Made by a program: the position numbers and the translations under genes. A stretch of DNA of 24,000 nucleotides from NCBI RefSeq assembly GCF_055900655.2, contig NZ_CM148328.1; one strand, given 5' to 3'. This document shows, piece after piece, positions 1 through 10,374 of the stretch; within the stretch, counting starts at the first letter, position 1, and the number at the start of each line of letters is the position of its first letter. The notes below the pieces were generated by a model. It saw only the letters and a list, made by a program, of their open reading frames with translations. It was not told where the DNA came from and searched no databases.

Positions 1-391
1 ACCAGCGAATGGCGCGCGCCGCGCCGGGAATATCATCACGCAGACTGTGACGAATCGGTTTGCCGGTGTCGAGAGTTTCCAGCAGTGCCAGCTCTTCGGC
101 GTGGGCTTCCATTAAATCGGCGAGTTTATTCAGTACCGCTTTACGTTTAGCCGGAGAAGAGAGTGACCAGTCGCCGCGTTCAAATACGCCGCGTGCTGCG
201 CTCACCGCACGGTCGATATCGACGCTCTTGCCGCGGGCAATTTTCGCCAGCGGTGCCTGGGTGACCGGATCAACGGTTTCAAAGGTTTCATTTTCCGCCG
301 CAGCAGTATATTCACCGTTAATAAATAAGCGGTTTTCAATGGCGAGACTTAACGCTTTATCCTGCCAGTAAGCCAGATGATGAAAATTCAT
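1..391 (-). CDS. puuC: gamma-glutamyl-gamma-aminobutyraldehyde dehydrogenase, N-terminal part (truncated by window edge)
   Basis: Reverse strand reads MNFHHLAYWQDKALSLAIENRLFINGEYTAAAENETFETVDPVTQAPLAKIARG..., typical of an aldehyde dehydrogenase N-terminus; start codon at 389-391; located next to puuR/puuD as in E. coli. Confidence 0.93.
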   Translation of the reverse strand, partial: MNFHHLAYWQDKALSLAIENRLFINGEYTAAAENETFETVDPVTQAPLAKIARGKSVDIDRAVSAARGVFERGDWSLSSPAKRKAVLNKLADLMEAHAEELALLETLDTGKPIRHSLRDDIPGAARAIRW

Positions 392-499
392 TATGACTCC
401 TGTTTCACGTCTATCAGATATATGCAGTTTGTGAACGTCAGGGCGCAGAGATCCCCGGGCCGTATGCCCGTTTATTTCTGGCGACATTCTTTATGGATT

Positions 500-527
500 G
501 CCGGGCGCATTGCGCTTACCCGGCTTA
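500..527. repeat. REP-like palindromic element between puuR and puuC
   Basis: GCCGGGCGCATTGCGCTTACCCGGCTTA: imperfect palindrome with GCCGG...CCGGC ends, in an intergenic gap. Confidence 0.55.
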
Positions 528-540
528 CAGAACAAAAAGA

Positions 541-1098
541 TTAAAACGTGGTGGGCGTATGGGCGCTGATAATTCGGCAAATACCTGCCGACGTATTACT
601 GAAACTGTGCGGGATGCCGGTATTAATGGCATAACTTTGCCCCGCGACGAGGTGGTAATCCTGACCATTAATGGTCAGAACAATTTCACCTTCCAGTACA
701 GTGCCTATTTCCTCACCCTGATGCTTAATTCTTTCCCCAGTGGTTGTGCCCGGCTGGTACGTTTCAAAGATCATCGCCAGCGTGCGATTCGGGTTACCGT
801 TATGAACCAGCTTCATTGACACACCCTGACTGCCCATCTCAATTAAGTCGTCCTGATTAATGACGACCTGCGGCTCATCAGGTTTTTCCGGCTCGGAAAA
901 GAATTCCGAGAGTGACAGACCATACACCTTCAGCAGCTTTTGCAGCGTACTGATGGCAGGGCTGACTTTATCTTGTTCTATCGTACTGATAGCACTGTGA
1001 GTCAGCCCGGAGAGTTCGGCGGCACGACGTTGTGAAAGCCCCTGCTGCTGGCGGATTTCCGACAAGCGTTTTCCTGGCGCCAGTCCCTCATCACTCAT
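541..1098 (-). CDS. puuR: HTH-type (XRE/cupin) transcriptional repressor of the putrescine utilisation genes
   Basis: 185 aa ORF: N-terminal XRE helix-turn-helix (LSQRRAAELSGLTHSAISTIE) and C-terminal cupin domain (GTVLEGEIVLTINGQDYHLVAGQSYAINTGIPHSFSN); neighbourhood. Confidence 0.97.
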   Translation of the reverse strand: MSDEGLAPGKRLSEIRQQQGLSQRRAAELSGLTHSAISTIEQDKVSPAISTLQKLLKVYGLSLSEFFSEPEKPDEPQVVINQDDLIEMGSQGVSMKLVHNGNPNRTLAMIFETYQPGTTTGERIKHQGEEIGTVLEGEIVLTINGQDYHLVAGQSYAINTGIPHSFSNTSAGICRIISAHTPTTF

Positions 1099-1124
1099 AT
1101 TTGCATTTCCTTAAACTGTAGTGG

Positions 1125-1889
1125 TCAGAGTCGCTGTTTTTCAGCGATATGGTGCTGACAAGCGGTGATAAAGCCCTCGAACAATATACGCGAAAGCGCG
1201 TACTCGCTACTGTTCCATTCCGGGTGCCACTGTACGCCCAGCGCAAAAGGATGATTGATGACGCTAACCGCCTCAACTAAGCCATCCGGCGAGCGAGCTT
1301 CAACACGCAACCGTGGGCTAACGACCTTCGCCCCTTGTCCATGTAGAGAGTTTACCCAAAAGTTGCTACATTCAGGTAACAACGCAGACAGTAATCCCCC
1401 CTCTTCAACCTGAACTTCATGCGACGGTGCATATTGCTGTTCCACCGGCAGTTCGGGATCTTCCCGATGTTCCAGCAATTCAGGCTGTTCGCACAGCTTG
1501 CGATGCAACGAACCACCGGTTGCCACCACCAGTTCTTGTAAACCCCGGCAGATGGCGAAAATGGGGATGCGCCTTTCGAGTGCGGCATTAATTAACGCCA
1601 TGCTCAGAAGATCACGCCCGGGATCGGCGTCAGGCTCATCGCCGTTTTCACCATATAGGTGCGGCTGCACATTGCTGGGACTACCAGGAAGATAAATGCC
1701 ATCGAGTTTCGGCAAAAGTTGTTCAAGTAATGACGGTTCCGCCAGCGCATGTGGTAGCGCAATTGGCAAGCCGCCTGCGTGGATGATGGCATTCAGGTAC
1801 TTTTCTTGCAGAGTCTGGGTCGCATGACCCTTAAGCCTGTTCCTGCACATTACGACACCGATAACCGGATTGTTCATTATATTTTCCAT
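1125..1889 (-). CDS. puuD: gamma-glutamyl-gamma-aminobutyrate hydrolase (class I glutamine amidotransferase-like)
   Basis: Protein MENIMNNPVIGVVMCRNRLKGHATQTLQEKYLNAIIHAGG...PIFAICRGLQELVVATGGSLH...HPEWNSSEYALSRILFEGF; likely start is the second Met of the 258 aa ORF, giving 254 aa. Confidence 0.96.
   Translation of the reverse strand: MENIMNNPVIGVVMCRNRLKGHATQTLQEKYLNAIIHAGGLPIALPHALAEPSLLEQLLPKLDGIYLPGSPSNVQPHLYGENGDEPDADPGRDLLSMALINAALERRIPIFAICRGLQELVVATGGSLHRKLCEQPELLEHREDPELPVEQQYAPSHEVQVEEGGLLSALLPECSNFWVNSLHGQGAKVVSPRLRVEARSPDGLVEAVSVINHPFALGVQWHPEWNSSEYALSRILFEGFITACQHHIAEKQRL
1871..1885 (-). promoter_or_regulatory. PuuR operator-like site overlapping the puuD start region
   Basis: TGTTCATTATATTTT, the exact reverse complement of the recalled PuuR recognition sequence AAAATATAATGAACA. 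Confidence 0.75.
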
Positions 1890-1947
1890 GCTCAATCTCA
1901 CAAAGTGGACTAAATTATCGCCATTACTGCGGTTTAAATGACCTTTA

Positions 1948-1962
1948 TGTTCAATATTTTTT
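1948..1962 (-). promoter_or_regulatory. Probable PuuR operator-like site in puuD/puuA divergent region
   Basis: TGTTCAATATTTTTT, 13/15 match to the same motif. Confidence 0.5.
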
Positions 1963-2042
1963 CAATCTAGCAGTGGGTTTTCATTTTTGCAAACTCAATT
2001 TAACATTTGACAAACATTTAGTTTGCATACAGATTCGAATGG

Positions 2043-2057
2043 TGGTCATTATATTTT
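2043..2057 (-). promoter_or_regulatory. PuuR operator-like site upstream of puuA
   Basis: TGGTCATTATATTTT, 14/15 match to the same motif. Confidence 0.65.
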
Positions 2058-2100
2058 ACGCTTTGATAACGAGCGGAAAACAAACCAAAGGCGAAGAATC

Positions 2101-3519
2101 ATGGAAACCAATATCGTTGAAGTAGAGAACTTTGTTCAGCAGTCAGAAGAGAGGCGGGGTAGCGCCTTTACGCAGGAAGTGAAACGCTACCTGGAGCGCT
2201 ACCCGAATACGCAATATGTTGATGTTTTACTTACTGATTTGAATGGTTGCTTCCGTGGAAAACGTATCCCTGTTTCAAGCCTGAAGAAGTTGGAGAAAGG
2301 GTGTTATTTCCCGGCCTCGGTGTTTGCAATGGATATTCTGGGCAACGTAGTAGAAGAAGCGGGTCTGGGTCAGGAAATGGGCGAGCCGGATCGTACTTGT
2401 GTTCCTGTTCTCGGTTCCTTAACCCCTTCTGCCGCCGATCCAGAGTTTATCGGTCAGATGCTCCTGACCATGGTCGATGAAGATGGCGCTCCCTTTGACG
2501 TTGAGCCGCGGAACGTTCTTAACCGCCTGTGGCAGCAGCTACGCCAGCGCGGATTGTTCCCGGTTGTAGCGGTAGAGCTGGAGTTCTATTTACTGGATCG
2601 TCAGCGCGACGCTGAAGGGTATCTGCAACCGCCCTGCGCGCCCGGCACCGATGACCGCAATACACAAAGCCAGGTTTACTCCGTTGATAACCTCAACCAC
2701 TTCGCCGATGTGCTCAATGATATTGATGAACTGGCGCAGTTACAGTTAATTCCCGCCGACGGTGCGGTCGCCGAAGCCTCGCCGGGTCAGTTTGAAATCA
2801 ACCTTTACCATACCGATAACGTGCTGGAAGCCTGCGATGATGCGCTGGCGCTAAAACGCCTGGTGCGTCTGATGGCAGAAAAGCATAAGATGCACGCCAC
2901 TTTTATGGCGAAGCCGTATGAAGAGCACGCGGGCAGCGGAATGCATATCCATATCAGTATGCAAAATAACCGTGGCGAGAACGTGCTTTCTGACGCGGAA
3001 GGCGAAGATTCGCCGCTGCTGAAAAAGATGCTCGCCGGGATGATTGACCTGATGCCGTCGTCGATGGCGTTGCTGGCACCAAACGTGAACTCGTATCGCC
3101 GCTTCCAGCCGGGAATGTATGTGCCGACGCAGGCGTCGTGGGGCCATAACAACCGCACCGTCGCCCTGCGTATTCCGTGCGGCGACCGTCATAATCACCG
3201 CGTGGAATATCGCGTGGCGGGTGCCGATGCCAACCCATATCTGGTGATGGCAGCGATTTTTGCCGGTATTTTGCATGGCCTTGATAACGAGCTGCCGTTG
3301 CAGGAAGAAGTCGAAGGCAACGGGCTGGAACAGGAAGGCTTACCCTTCCCGATTCGCCAGAGCGATGCCCTGGGTGAGTTTATCGAGAATGATCACCTGC
3401 GCCGCTATTTAGGCGAACGGTTTTGCCATGTGTATCACGCCTGTAAAAATGATGAGCTGTTGCAGTTTGAGCGCCTCATCACAGAAACAGAAATTGAGTG
3501 GATGTTGAAAAACGCGTAA
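2101..3519 (+). CDS. puuA: glutamate-putrescine ligase (gamma-glutamylputrescine synthetase)
   Basis: Glutamine-synthetase-family protein (LTDLNGCFRGKRIP; SPGQFEINLYHTDN; HAGSGMHIHISMQ; NRTVALRIPCG); likely start METNIVEVENF gives 472 aa. Confidence 0.97.
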   Translation: METNIVEVENFVQQSEERRGSAFTQEVKRYLERYPNTQYVDVLLTDLNGCFRGKRIPVSSLKKLEKGCYFPASVFAMDILGNVVEEAGLGQEMGEPDRTCVPVLGSLTPSAADPEFIGQMLLTMVDEDGAPFDVEPRNVLNRLWQQLRQRGLFPVVAVELEFYLLDRQRDAEGYLQPPCAPGTDDRNTQSQVYSVDNLNHFADVLNDIDELAQLQLIPADGAVAEASPGQFEINLYHTDNVLEACDDALALKRLVRLMAEKHKMHATFMAKPYEEHAGSGMHIHISMQNNRGENVLSDAEGEDSPLLKKMLAGMIDLMPSSMALLAPNVNSYRRFQPGMYVPTQASWGHNNRTVALRIPCGDRHNHRVEYRVAGADANPYLVMAAIFAGILHGLDNELPLQEEVEGNGLEQEGLPFPIRQSDALGEFIENDHLRRYLGERFCHVYHACKNDELLQFERLITETEIEWMLKNA

Positions 3520-3821
3520 TTCCCCATGCGGGGTTGTTTCATCGGCCTGAGCGGAGCCAGGCCTGACATTTGCTGGTAATCCAGACATTTCCCGGATGTC
3601 GCGTTATGGAGCGCAGGCGGCAACGGGCTTCCGTTAACGATTAAGACTGTGACGAGGAAATGAGATGATGCCGATGATTAAATCCCCGCATGGCGAGGGA
3701 GGCTGCGTATGCGCCCCTCCTGCTACTGACTGGACTCCGCCCCCTTTGCTTCCCTTGCTAAACAGGTTTGATTTCAGGTCGACACGACCGCAAACCTTAT
3801 TACGCAGGGGAGGCAGCAATT

Positions 3822-5207
3822 ATGGCTATTAATTCACCACTGAATATTGCTGCGCAACCCGGCAAAACCCGTCTGCGAAAATCACTGAAATTGTGGCAGG
3901 TGGTAATGATGGGTCTGGCCTATCTCACGCCGATGACCGTATTTGATACTTTTGGTATTGTCTCCGGCATTAGCGACGGTCACGTTCCAGCGTCCTATTT
4001 GCTGGCGCTGGCGGGCGTGCTGTTTACCGCTATCAGCTACGGCAAACTGGTTCGCCAGTTTCCGGAGGCCGGTTCGGCCTATACCTACGCGCAAAAGTCG
4101 ATTAATCCGCACGTCGGATTTATGGTCGGCTGGTCATCACTGCTGGATTATCTCTTTTTGCCAATGATCAACGTTTTGTTGGCGAAAATCTATCTCTCCG
4201 CCCTCTTCCCGGAAGTGCCGCCGTGGGTGTGGGTGGTAACCTTCGTCGCCATTTTAACCGCCGCGAATCTGAAGAGCGTCAACCTGGTCGCTAACTTCAA
4301 TACCCTGTTTGTACTGGTGCAAATCTCCATCATGGTGGTGTTTATCTTCCTGGTGGTTCAGGGACTGCATAAAGGAGAAGGCGTTGGCACCGTCTGGTCA
4401 CTTCAGCCGTTTATCAGCGAGAACGCGCACCTGATCCCGATTATTACCGGTGCGACGATTGTCTGTTTCTCGTTCCTCGGTTTCGATGCGGTGACCACGC
4501 TTTCGGAAGAGACGCCGGACGCCGCACGCGTGATCCCGAAAGCCATCTTCCTGACGGCGGTATACGGCGGCGTTATCTTTATCGCGGCGTCGTTCTTTAT
4601 GCAGCTGTTCTTTCCCGATATCAGCCGCTTTAAAGACCCGGACGCCGCACTGCCTGAAATTGCGCTGTTCGTCGGCGGCAAGCTCTTTCAGTCGATTTTC
4701 CTCTGCACCACGTTTGTGAACACATTAGCGTCTGGCCTGGCTTCACATGCCAGCGTGTCGCGTCTGCTGTATGTGATGGGGCGTGACAATGTGTTTCCGG
4801 AGCGCGTGTTTGGCTATGTGCACCCAAAATGGCGGACTCCGGCACTCAACGTCATTATGGTCGGGATTGTCGCGCTGTCGGCGCTGTTCTTTGATTTAGT
4901 CACCGCGACAGCACTGATTAACTTCGGTGCTCTGGTGGCGTTTACCTTCGTGAATCTGTCGGTGTTTAATCATTTCTGGCGGCGTAAAGGAATGAATAAA
5001 AGCTGGAAGGATCACTTCCACTATTTGCTGATGCCGCTGGTTGGCGCGCTGACGGTGGGTGTGCTGTGGGTTAACCTAGAGTCAACGTCACTGACACTCG
5101 GTCTGGTATGGGCTTCGTTAGGCGGCGCATATTTGTGGTATCTGATCCGCCGCTATCGCAAAGTGCCGCTGTACGAAGGTGACAGAACGCCGGTGAGCGA
5201 AACGTAA
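3822..5207 (+). CDS. puuP: putrescine importer, APC-family amino acid/polyamine permease
   Basis: Multi-spanning hydrophobic protein starting [45 protein letters not shown]; 461 aa from this start; GGAG ribosome-binding sequence upstream. Confidence 0.96.
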   Translation: MAINSPLNIAAQPGKTRLRKSLKLWQVVMMGLAYLTPMTVFDTFGIVSGISDGHVPASYLLALAGVLFTAISYGKLVRQFPEAGSAYTYAQKSINPHVGFMVGWSSLLDYLFLPMINVLLAKIYLSALFPEVPPWVWVVTFVAILTAANLKSVNLVANFNTLFVLVQISIMVVFIFLVVQGLHKGEGVGTVWSLQPFISENAHLIPIITGATIVCFSFLGFDAVTTLSEETPDAARVIPKAIFLTAVYGGVIFIAASFFMQLFFPDISRFKDPDAALPEIALFVGGKLFQSIFLCTTFVNTLASGLASHASVSRLLYVMGRDNVFPERVFGYVHPKWRTPALNVIMVGIVALSALFFDLVTATALINFGALVAFTFVNLSVFNHFWRRKGMNKSWKDHFHYLLMPLVGALTVGVLWVNLESTSLTLGLVWASLGGAYLWYLIRRYRKVPLYEGDRTPVSET

Positions 5208-5216
5208 TAGCCGGAT

Positions 5217-5255
5217 GCGCGGCGCATTATCCTGCCTGAGGGTAACGCGCCGCGC
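5217..5255. terminator. Hairpin (REP-like or terminator-like) downstream of puuP
   Basis: GCGCGGCGC (5217-5225) and GCGCCGCGC (5247-5255) form a perfect 9-bp inverted repeat just after the puuP stop codon; no strong U-tract. Confidence 0.5.
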
Positions 5256-5340
5256 CATTAACTATAAAAAGATGTATGACCCGGATCACGAGTGCTATCA
5301 TCCGCCCTTATGCTTAGCGCATTAACCCCAGGGGCAAATA

Positions 5341-5586
5341 ATGAACCACGATATCCCGCTAAAATATTTTGATATTGCCGATGAGTACGCGACCGAATGC
5401 GCAGAGCCTGTCGCAGAGGCTGAACGCACACCGCTGGCCCACTACTTCCAGTTACTGCTCACCCGTTTGATGAACAATGAAGAGATCAGCGAAGAAGCCC
5501 AACATGAAATGGCTGCTGAAGCGGGGATTAATCCCGTACGCATTGATGAGATCGCAGAGTTTTTGAATCAATGGGGTAATGAGTAA
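5341..5586 (+). CDS. ymjA: small uncharacterised conserved protein YmjA (DUF2543-type)
   Basis: 81 aa [84 protein letters not shown], upstream AGGGGCAA-type RBS; conserved position between puuP and sapA. Confidence 0.92.
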
Positions 5587-5617
5587 TTATTTAATTGCAG
5601 ACGATCGGTCAGTATCG

Positions 5618-5656
5618 TTGTCCGGATAAAGCGTTCACGCCGCATCCGGCTAACAA
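5618..5656. repeat. REP (repetitive extragenic palindrome) element
   Basis: TTGTCCGGATAAAGCGTTCACGCCGCATCCGGCTAACAA closely matches the classical E. coli REP sequence. Confidence 0.88.
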
Positions 5657-5898
5657 TGACACGCACTGCAGCGTGCTTTAATGGGTTTCTCACGATCGTA
5701 CCGCTCTGCTCCTCGCTAAGTTGTTCTGTGAGTTATAGTTATAGAGAAATCACGGGTACGAATGTTGAACAGATGGCGACGCCACCTGTTCAACGACCAA
5801 CCACACGGCCCTCATTACGACCCCTGAACACAAACGGTAATGGCAAATGTCATTAAATATTAGTAAGATAGCCTCTTTACATAAAATCCCTTAATATT

Positions 5899-7542
5899 AT
5901 GCGCCAGGTATTATCGTCTCTTTTGGTGATTGCTGGACTTGTGAGTGGTCAGGCAATCGCCGCGCCTGAATCCCCCCCGCATGCTGATATCCGCGACAGC
6001 GGTTTTGTCTATTGCGTCAGCGGGCAAGTCAACACCTTTAACCCATCCAAAGCGAGCAGTGGGTTAATTGTCGATACCCTTGCCGCCCAGTTTTATGATC
6101 GACTGCTGGATGTCGATCCCTATACCTATCGCCTGATGCCGGAACTTGCCGAAAGCTGGGAAGTACTCGACAACGGCGCGACCTATCGCTTCCACCTGCG
6201 TCGCGATGTTCCGTTTCAAAAAACCGACTGGTTTACTCCCACTCGTAAAATGAATGCCGACGATGTGGTGTTTACCTTCCAGCGAATTTTTGACCGCAAC
6301 AACCCGTGGCATAACGTCAACGGCAGCAACTTCCCCTACTTCGACAGCCTGCAATTTGCCGATAACGTGAAAAGCGTCCGCAAACTGGATAATCATACCG
6401 TTGAGTTCCGACTCGCCCAGCCGGATGCTTCTTTTTTGTGGCACCTCGCAACCCATTATGCTTCGGTCATGTCGGCAGAATATGCCCGGAAGTTAGAGAA
6501 AGAAGATCGCCAGGAGCAACTCGACCGTCAACCGGTCGGCACCGGTCCGTATCAGTTGTCGGAATACCGCGCCGGGCAATTTATTCGCCTACAACGTCAT
6601 GATGACTTCTGGCGCGGTAAACCGTTAATGCCGCAGGTAGTGGTGGATTTAGGCTCCGGCGGCACCGGACGTCTGTCGAAACTCCTGACCGGGGAATGCG
6701 ACGTTCTGGCCTGGCCTGCTGCCAGCCAGCTATCCATTTTGCGTGACGACCCGCGCTTGCGTTTAACGCTGCGTCCTGGGATGAACGTCGCCTATCTGGC
6801 ATTTAACACCGCCAAACCGCCGCTAAATAATCCCGCTGTCCGCCATGCACTGGCACTGGCGATTAATAACCAGCGCCTGATGCAATCCATCTATTATGGT
6901 ACGGCTGAAACGGCGGCCTCTATTTTACCGCGCGCCTCGTGGGCCTATGACAACGAGGCTAAAATTACTGAATACAATCCGGCGAAATCGCGCGAACAGT
7001 TGAAGGCGTTGGGGCTGGAAAACTTAACGCTGAAACTGTGGGTGCCCACACGTTCGCAGGCGTGGAACCCCAGTCCACTGAAAACTGCCGAACTGATTCA
7101 GGCGGATATGGCGCAGGTTGGCGTAAAAGTGGTGATTGTGCCGGTAGAAGGTCGCTTTCAGGAGGCGCGGTTGATGGATATGAGCCATGATCTGACGTTA
7201 TCCGGTTGGGCGACGGACAGTAACGACCCGGACAGTTTCTTCCGTCCTTTACTGAGCTGCGCGGCAATTCATTCACAGACCAACCTCGCCCACTGGTGCG
7301 ATCCGAAATTCGACAGCGTGTTGCGTAAGGCGCTCTCCTCGCAGCAGCTGGCAGCGCGTATTGAAGCCTATGACGAAGCGCAGAGTATTCTGGCGCAGGA
7401 ATTGCCCATTTTGCCGCTGGCGTCGTCATTGCGTTTGCAGGCCTATCGGTACGATATCAAAGGTCTGGTACTTAGCCCGTTTGGTAACGCCTCCTTTGCT
7501 GGGGTGTATCGCGAGAAACAGGATGAGGTGAAAAAGCCATGA
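5899..7542 (+). CDS. sapA: periplasmic solute-binding protein of the Sap ABC transporter
   Basis: 547 aa with signal peptide ([24 protein letters not shown]) and SBP_bac_5-type fold sequence ([24 protein letters not shown]); first gene of sapABCDF. Confidence 0.97.
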   Translation: MRQVLSSLLVIAGLVSGQAIAAPESPPHADIRDSGFVYCVSGQVNTFNPSKASSGLIVDTLAAQFYDRLLDVDPYTYRLMPELAESWEVLDNGATYRFHLRRDVPFQKTDWFTPTRKMNADDVVFTFQRIFDRNNPWHNVNGSNFPYFDSLQFADNVKSVRKLDNHTVEFRLAQPDASFLWHLATHYASVMSAEYARKLEKEDRQEQLDRQPVGTGPYQLSEYRAGQFIRLQRHDDFWRGKPLMPQVVVDLGSGGTGRLSKLLTGECDVLAWPAASQLSILRDDPRLRLTLRPGMNVAYLAFNTAKPPLNNPAVRHALALAINNQRLMQSIYYGTAETAASILPRASWAYDNEAKITEYNPAKSREQLKALGLENLTLKLWVPTRSQAWNPSPLKTAELIQADMAQVGVKVVIVPVEGRFQEARLMDMSHDLTLSGWATDSNDPDSFFRPLLSCAAIHSQTNLAHWCDPKFDSVLRKALSSQQLAARIEAYDEAQSILAQELPILPLASSLRLQAYRYDIKGLVLSPFGNASFAGVYREKQDEVKKP

Positions 7543-8504
7543 TTATCTTCACCTTACGCCGCATTTTGTTATTGATTGTTACCTTGTTCCTGCTGACCTT
7601 CGTTGGCTTCAGTTTGAGCTATTTCACTCCACACGCGCCGTTACAAGGCGCGTCACTGTGGAATGCCTGGGTGTTCTGGTTTAATGGCCTGATCCACTGG
7701 GATTTTGGTGTTTCCAGCATTAACGGTCAACCAATTGCCGAACAGTTAAAAGAGGTCTTCCCGGCGACGATGGAACTGTGCATCCTCGCCTTCGGTTTTG
7801 CGCTGATTGTTGGCATCCCCGTGGGGATGATTGCCGGGATTACGCGCCATAAGTGGCAGGATAACTTGATCAACGCCATCGCCTTACTGGGCTTTTCAAT
7901 CCCGGTGTTCTGGCTGGCGCTTCTGTTGACGCTGTTTTGTTCACTCACGCTAGGTTGGTTGCCCGTTTCAGGGCGTTTCGATCTGCTGTACGAAGTGAAA
8001 CCGATTACCGGGTTTGCGTTGATTGATGCCTGGCTTTCGGACTCACCATGGCGGGATGAAATGATCATGAGCGCAATCCGCCATATGATATTGCCCGTGA
8101 TCACCCTGTCGGTTGCGCCAACAACTGAAGTGATCCGACTGATGCGTATCAGCACTATCGAAGTGTATGACCAGAACTATGTTAAAGCGGCGGCTACCCG
8201 CGGTTTGTCGCGCTTTACTATTTTGCGTCGCCACGTTCTGCATAACGCGTTACCGCCGGTTATTCCTCGCCTGGGCTTACAGTTTTCCACCATGCTGACG
8301 CTGGCGATGATCACCGAAATGGTTTTTAGCTGGCCGGGTTTAGGGCGCTGGTTAATTAACGCCATCCGCCAGCAGGATTACGCAGCCATTTCCGCCGGAG
8401 TGATGGTGTGTGGCTCACTGGTCATTATTGTTAACGTGATTTCTGATATTTTGGGTGCCATGGCTAACCCTCTGAAACATAAGGAATGGTATGCCTTACG
8501 ATAG
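7539..8504 (+). CDS. sapB: ABC transporter permease SapB (putrescine export / Sap system)
   Basis: 321 aa DppB/OppB-type membrane permease, 4-nt overlap with sapA. Confidence 0.96.
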
Positions 8505-9381
8505 CGTATACAGCGAAAAGCGCCCGCCGGGCACGCTGCGTACCGCCTGGCGCAAATTTTATAGTGACGCCTCTGCGATGGTCGGCCTGTACGGCTGCGC
8601 GGGGCTGGCTGTACTGTGTATTTTTGGCGGCTGGTTTGCGCCTTACGGCATCGACCAGCAATTTCTCGGTTACCAATTATTGCCGCCGTCATGGTCGCGC
8701 TATGGCGAAGTTTCTTTCTTCCTGGGGACTGACGACCTCGGACGCGATGTTTTAAGCCGTTTACTGAGCGGAGCTGCGCCAACCGTGGGTGGCGCATTTG
8801 TGGTGACGCTTGCCGCGACGATCTGTGGCCTGGTACTGGGCACCTTCGCCGGGGCGACACACGGCCTCCGCTCAGCGGTGCTTAACCATATTCTGGATAC
8901 CTTACTGGCGATCCCTTCGCTGCTGTTGGCCATTATCGTTGTAGCGTTTGCCGGACCGAGTTTGTCCCACGCTATGTTTGCTGTCTGGCTGGCATTGCTG
9001 CCGCGTATGGTACGTTCGATTTACAGCATGGTGCATGACGAACTGGAAAAAGAGTACGTTATCGCCGCCCGTCTGGATGGCGCATCAACGCTGAATATTC
9101 TCTGGTTTGCTGTGATGCCAAACATCACCGCCGGGCTGGTCACCGAGATCACCCGCGCACTGTCGATGGCAATTCTCGATATCGCCGCGCTGGGCTTTCT
9201 CGATCTCGGCGCACAACTCCCCTCGCCTGAATGGGGAGCGATGCTCGGTGATGCGCTGGAACTGATTTATGTCGCCCCGTGGACTGTCATGCTGCCAGGT
9301 GCGGCAATTATGATTAGCGTGTTGTTGGTTAACCTCCTTGGCGATGGCGTTCGTCGTGCGATTATTGCGGGGGTGGAATAA
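8491..9381 (+). CDS. sapC: ABC transporter permease SapC
   Basis: 296 aa DppC/OppC-type permease ([20 protein letters not shown]; [21 protein letters not shown]), 14-nt overlap with sapB. Confidence 0.96.
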
Positions 9382-10373
9382 TGCCATTACTCGATATTCG
9401 TAACCTGACCATTGAATTTAAAACCGGTGATGAGTGGGTTAAAGCCGTCGACCGGGTAAGTATGACCTTAACCGAAGGTGAAATCCGCGGTCTTGTTGGT
9501 GAATCCGGTTCCGGCAAGAGTTTGATTGCGAAAGCGATTTGTGGGGTGAATAAAGATAACTGGCGTGTTACTGCTGACCGTATGCGTTTTGATGATATCG
9601 ATTTGCTGCGTCTCTCCGCACGCGAACGGCGCAAACTGGTTGGCCATAACGTGTCGATGATTTTCCAGGAACCGCAGTCGTGTCTTGACCCTTCAGAACG
9701 TGTGGGTCGCCAGTTGATGCAAAACATCCCAGCCTGGACCTATAAAGGCCGTTGGTGGCAGCGTTTTGGCTGGCGCAAACGCCGTGCCATTGAACTGCTG
9801 CACCGCGTGGGGATTAAAGATCACAAAGATGCGATGCGCAGTTTTCCCTATGAGTTGACCGAAGGTGAATGTCAGAAAGTGATGATAGCCATTGCACTGG
9901 CGAATCAACCGCGTCTGCTGATTGCTGACGAACCGACCAACTCAATGGAGCCAACAACCCAGGCGCAAATCTTTCGCCTGCTGACGCGTCTCAACCAAAA
10001 CAGCAATACCACTATTTTGCTTATCAGCCATGACTTACAAATGCTTAGCCAATGGGCGGATAAAATTAACGTGCTTTACTGCGGTCAAACAGTGGAAACC
10101 GCGCCGAGTAAGGAGTTGGTGACGATGCCACATCATCCTTATACCCAGGCGCTGATCCGCGCGATACCAGACTTCGGCAGCGCGATGCCGCATAAAAGTC
10201 GCCTCAATACGCTGCCCGGCGCTATCCCACTGCTGGAACAGTTACCGATTGGTTGTCGTCTGGGGCCACGTTGCCCGTATGCACAACGAGAATGCATTGT
10301 GACGCCACGTTTGACGGGGGCGAAAAATCATCTCTATGCCTGTCATTTCCCGCTGAACATGGAGAAAGAGTGA
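9381..10373 (+). CDS. sapD: ABC transporter ATP-binding protein SapD
   Basis: 330 aa; Walker A GESGSGKS, Walker [10 protein letters not shown], Opp/Dpp C-terminal cysteine region ([15 protein letters not shown]); TAATG junction with sapC. Confidence 0.97.
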
Positions 10374-10374
10374 G

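Noticed and set aside
493-819. 108 aa forward ORF over the puuR 3' part
   Set aside because: Antisense to the clear PuuR cupin domain; no plausible product.
3634-3819. 61 aa reverse ORF in the puuA-puuP gap
   Set aside because: Low-complexity peptide with no RBS support; the interval looks like a structured leader instead.
6064-7429. Reverse-strand ORFs of 130, 73 and 154 aa inside sapA
   Set aside because: Antisense shadow ORFs in a well-supported CDS; no independent evidence of coding.
8491-8504. 14-nt overlap between sapB and sapC and 1-4 nt overlaps at sapA/sapB and sapC/sapD
   Set aside because: Normal translational coupling in a compact ABC transporter operon.
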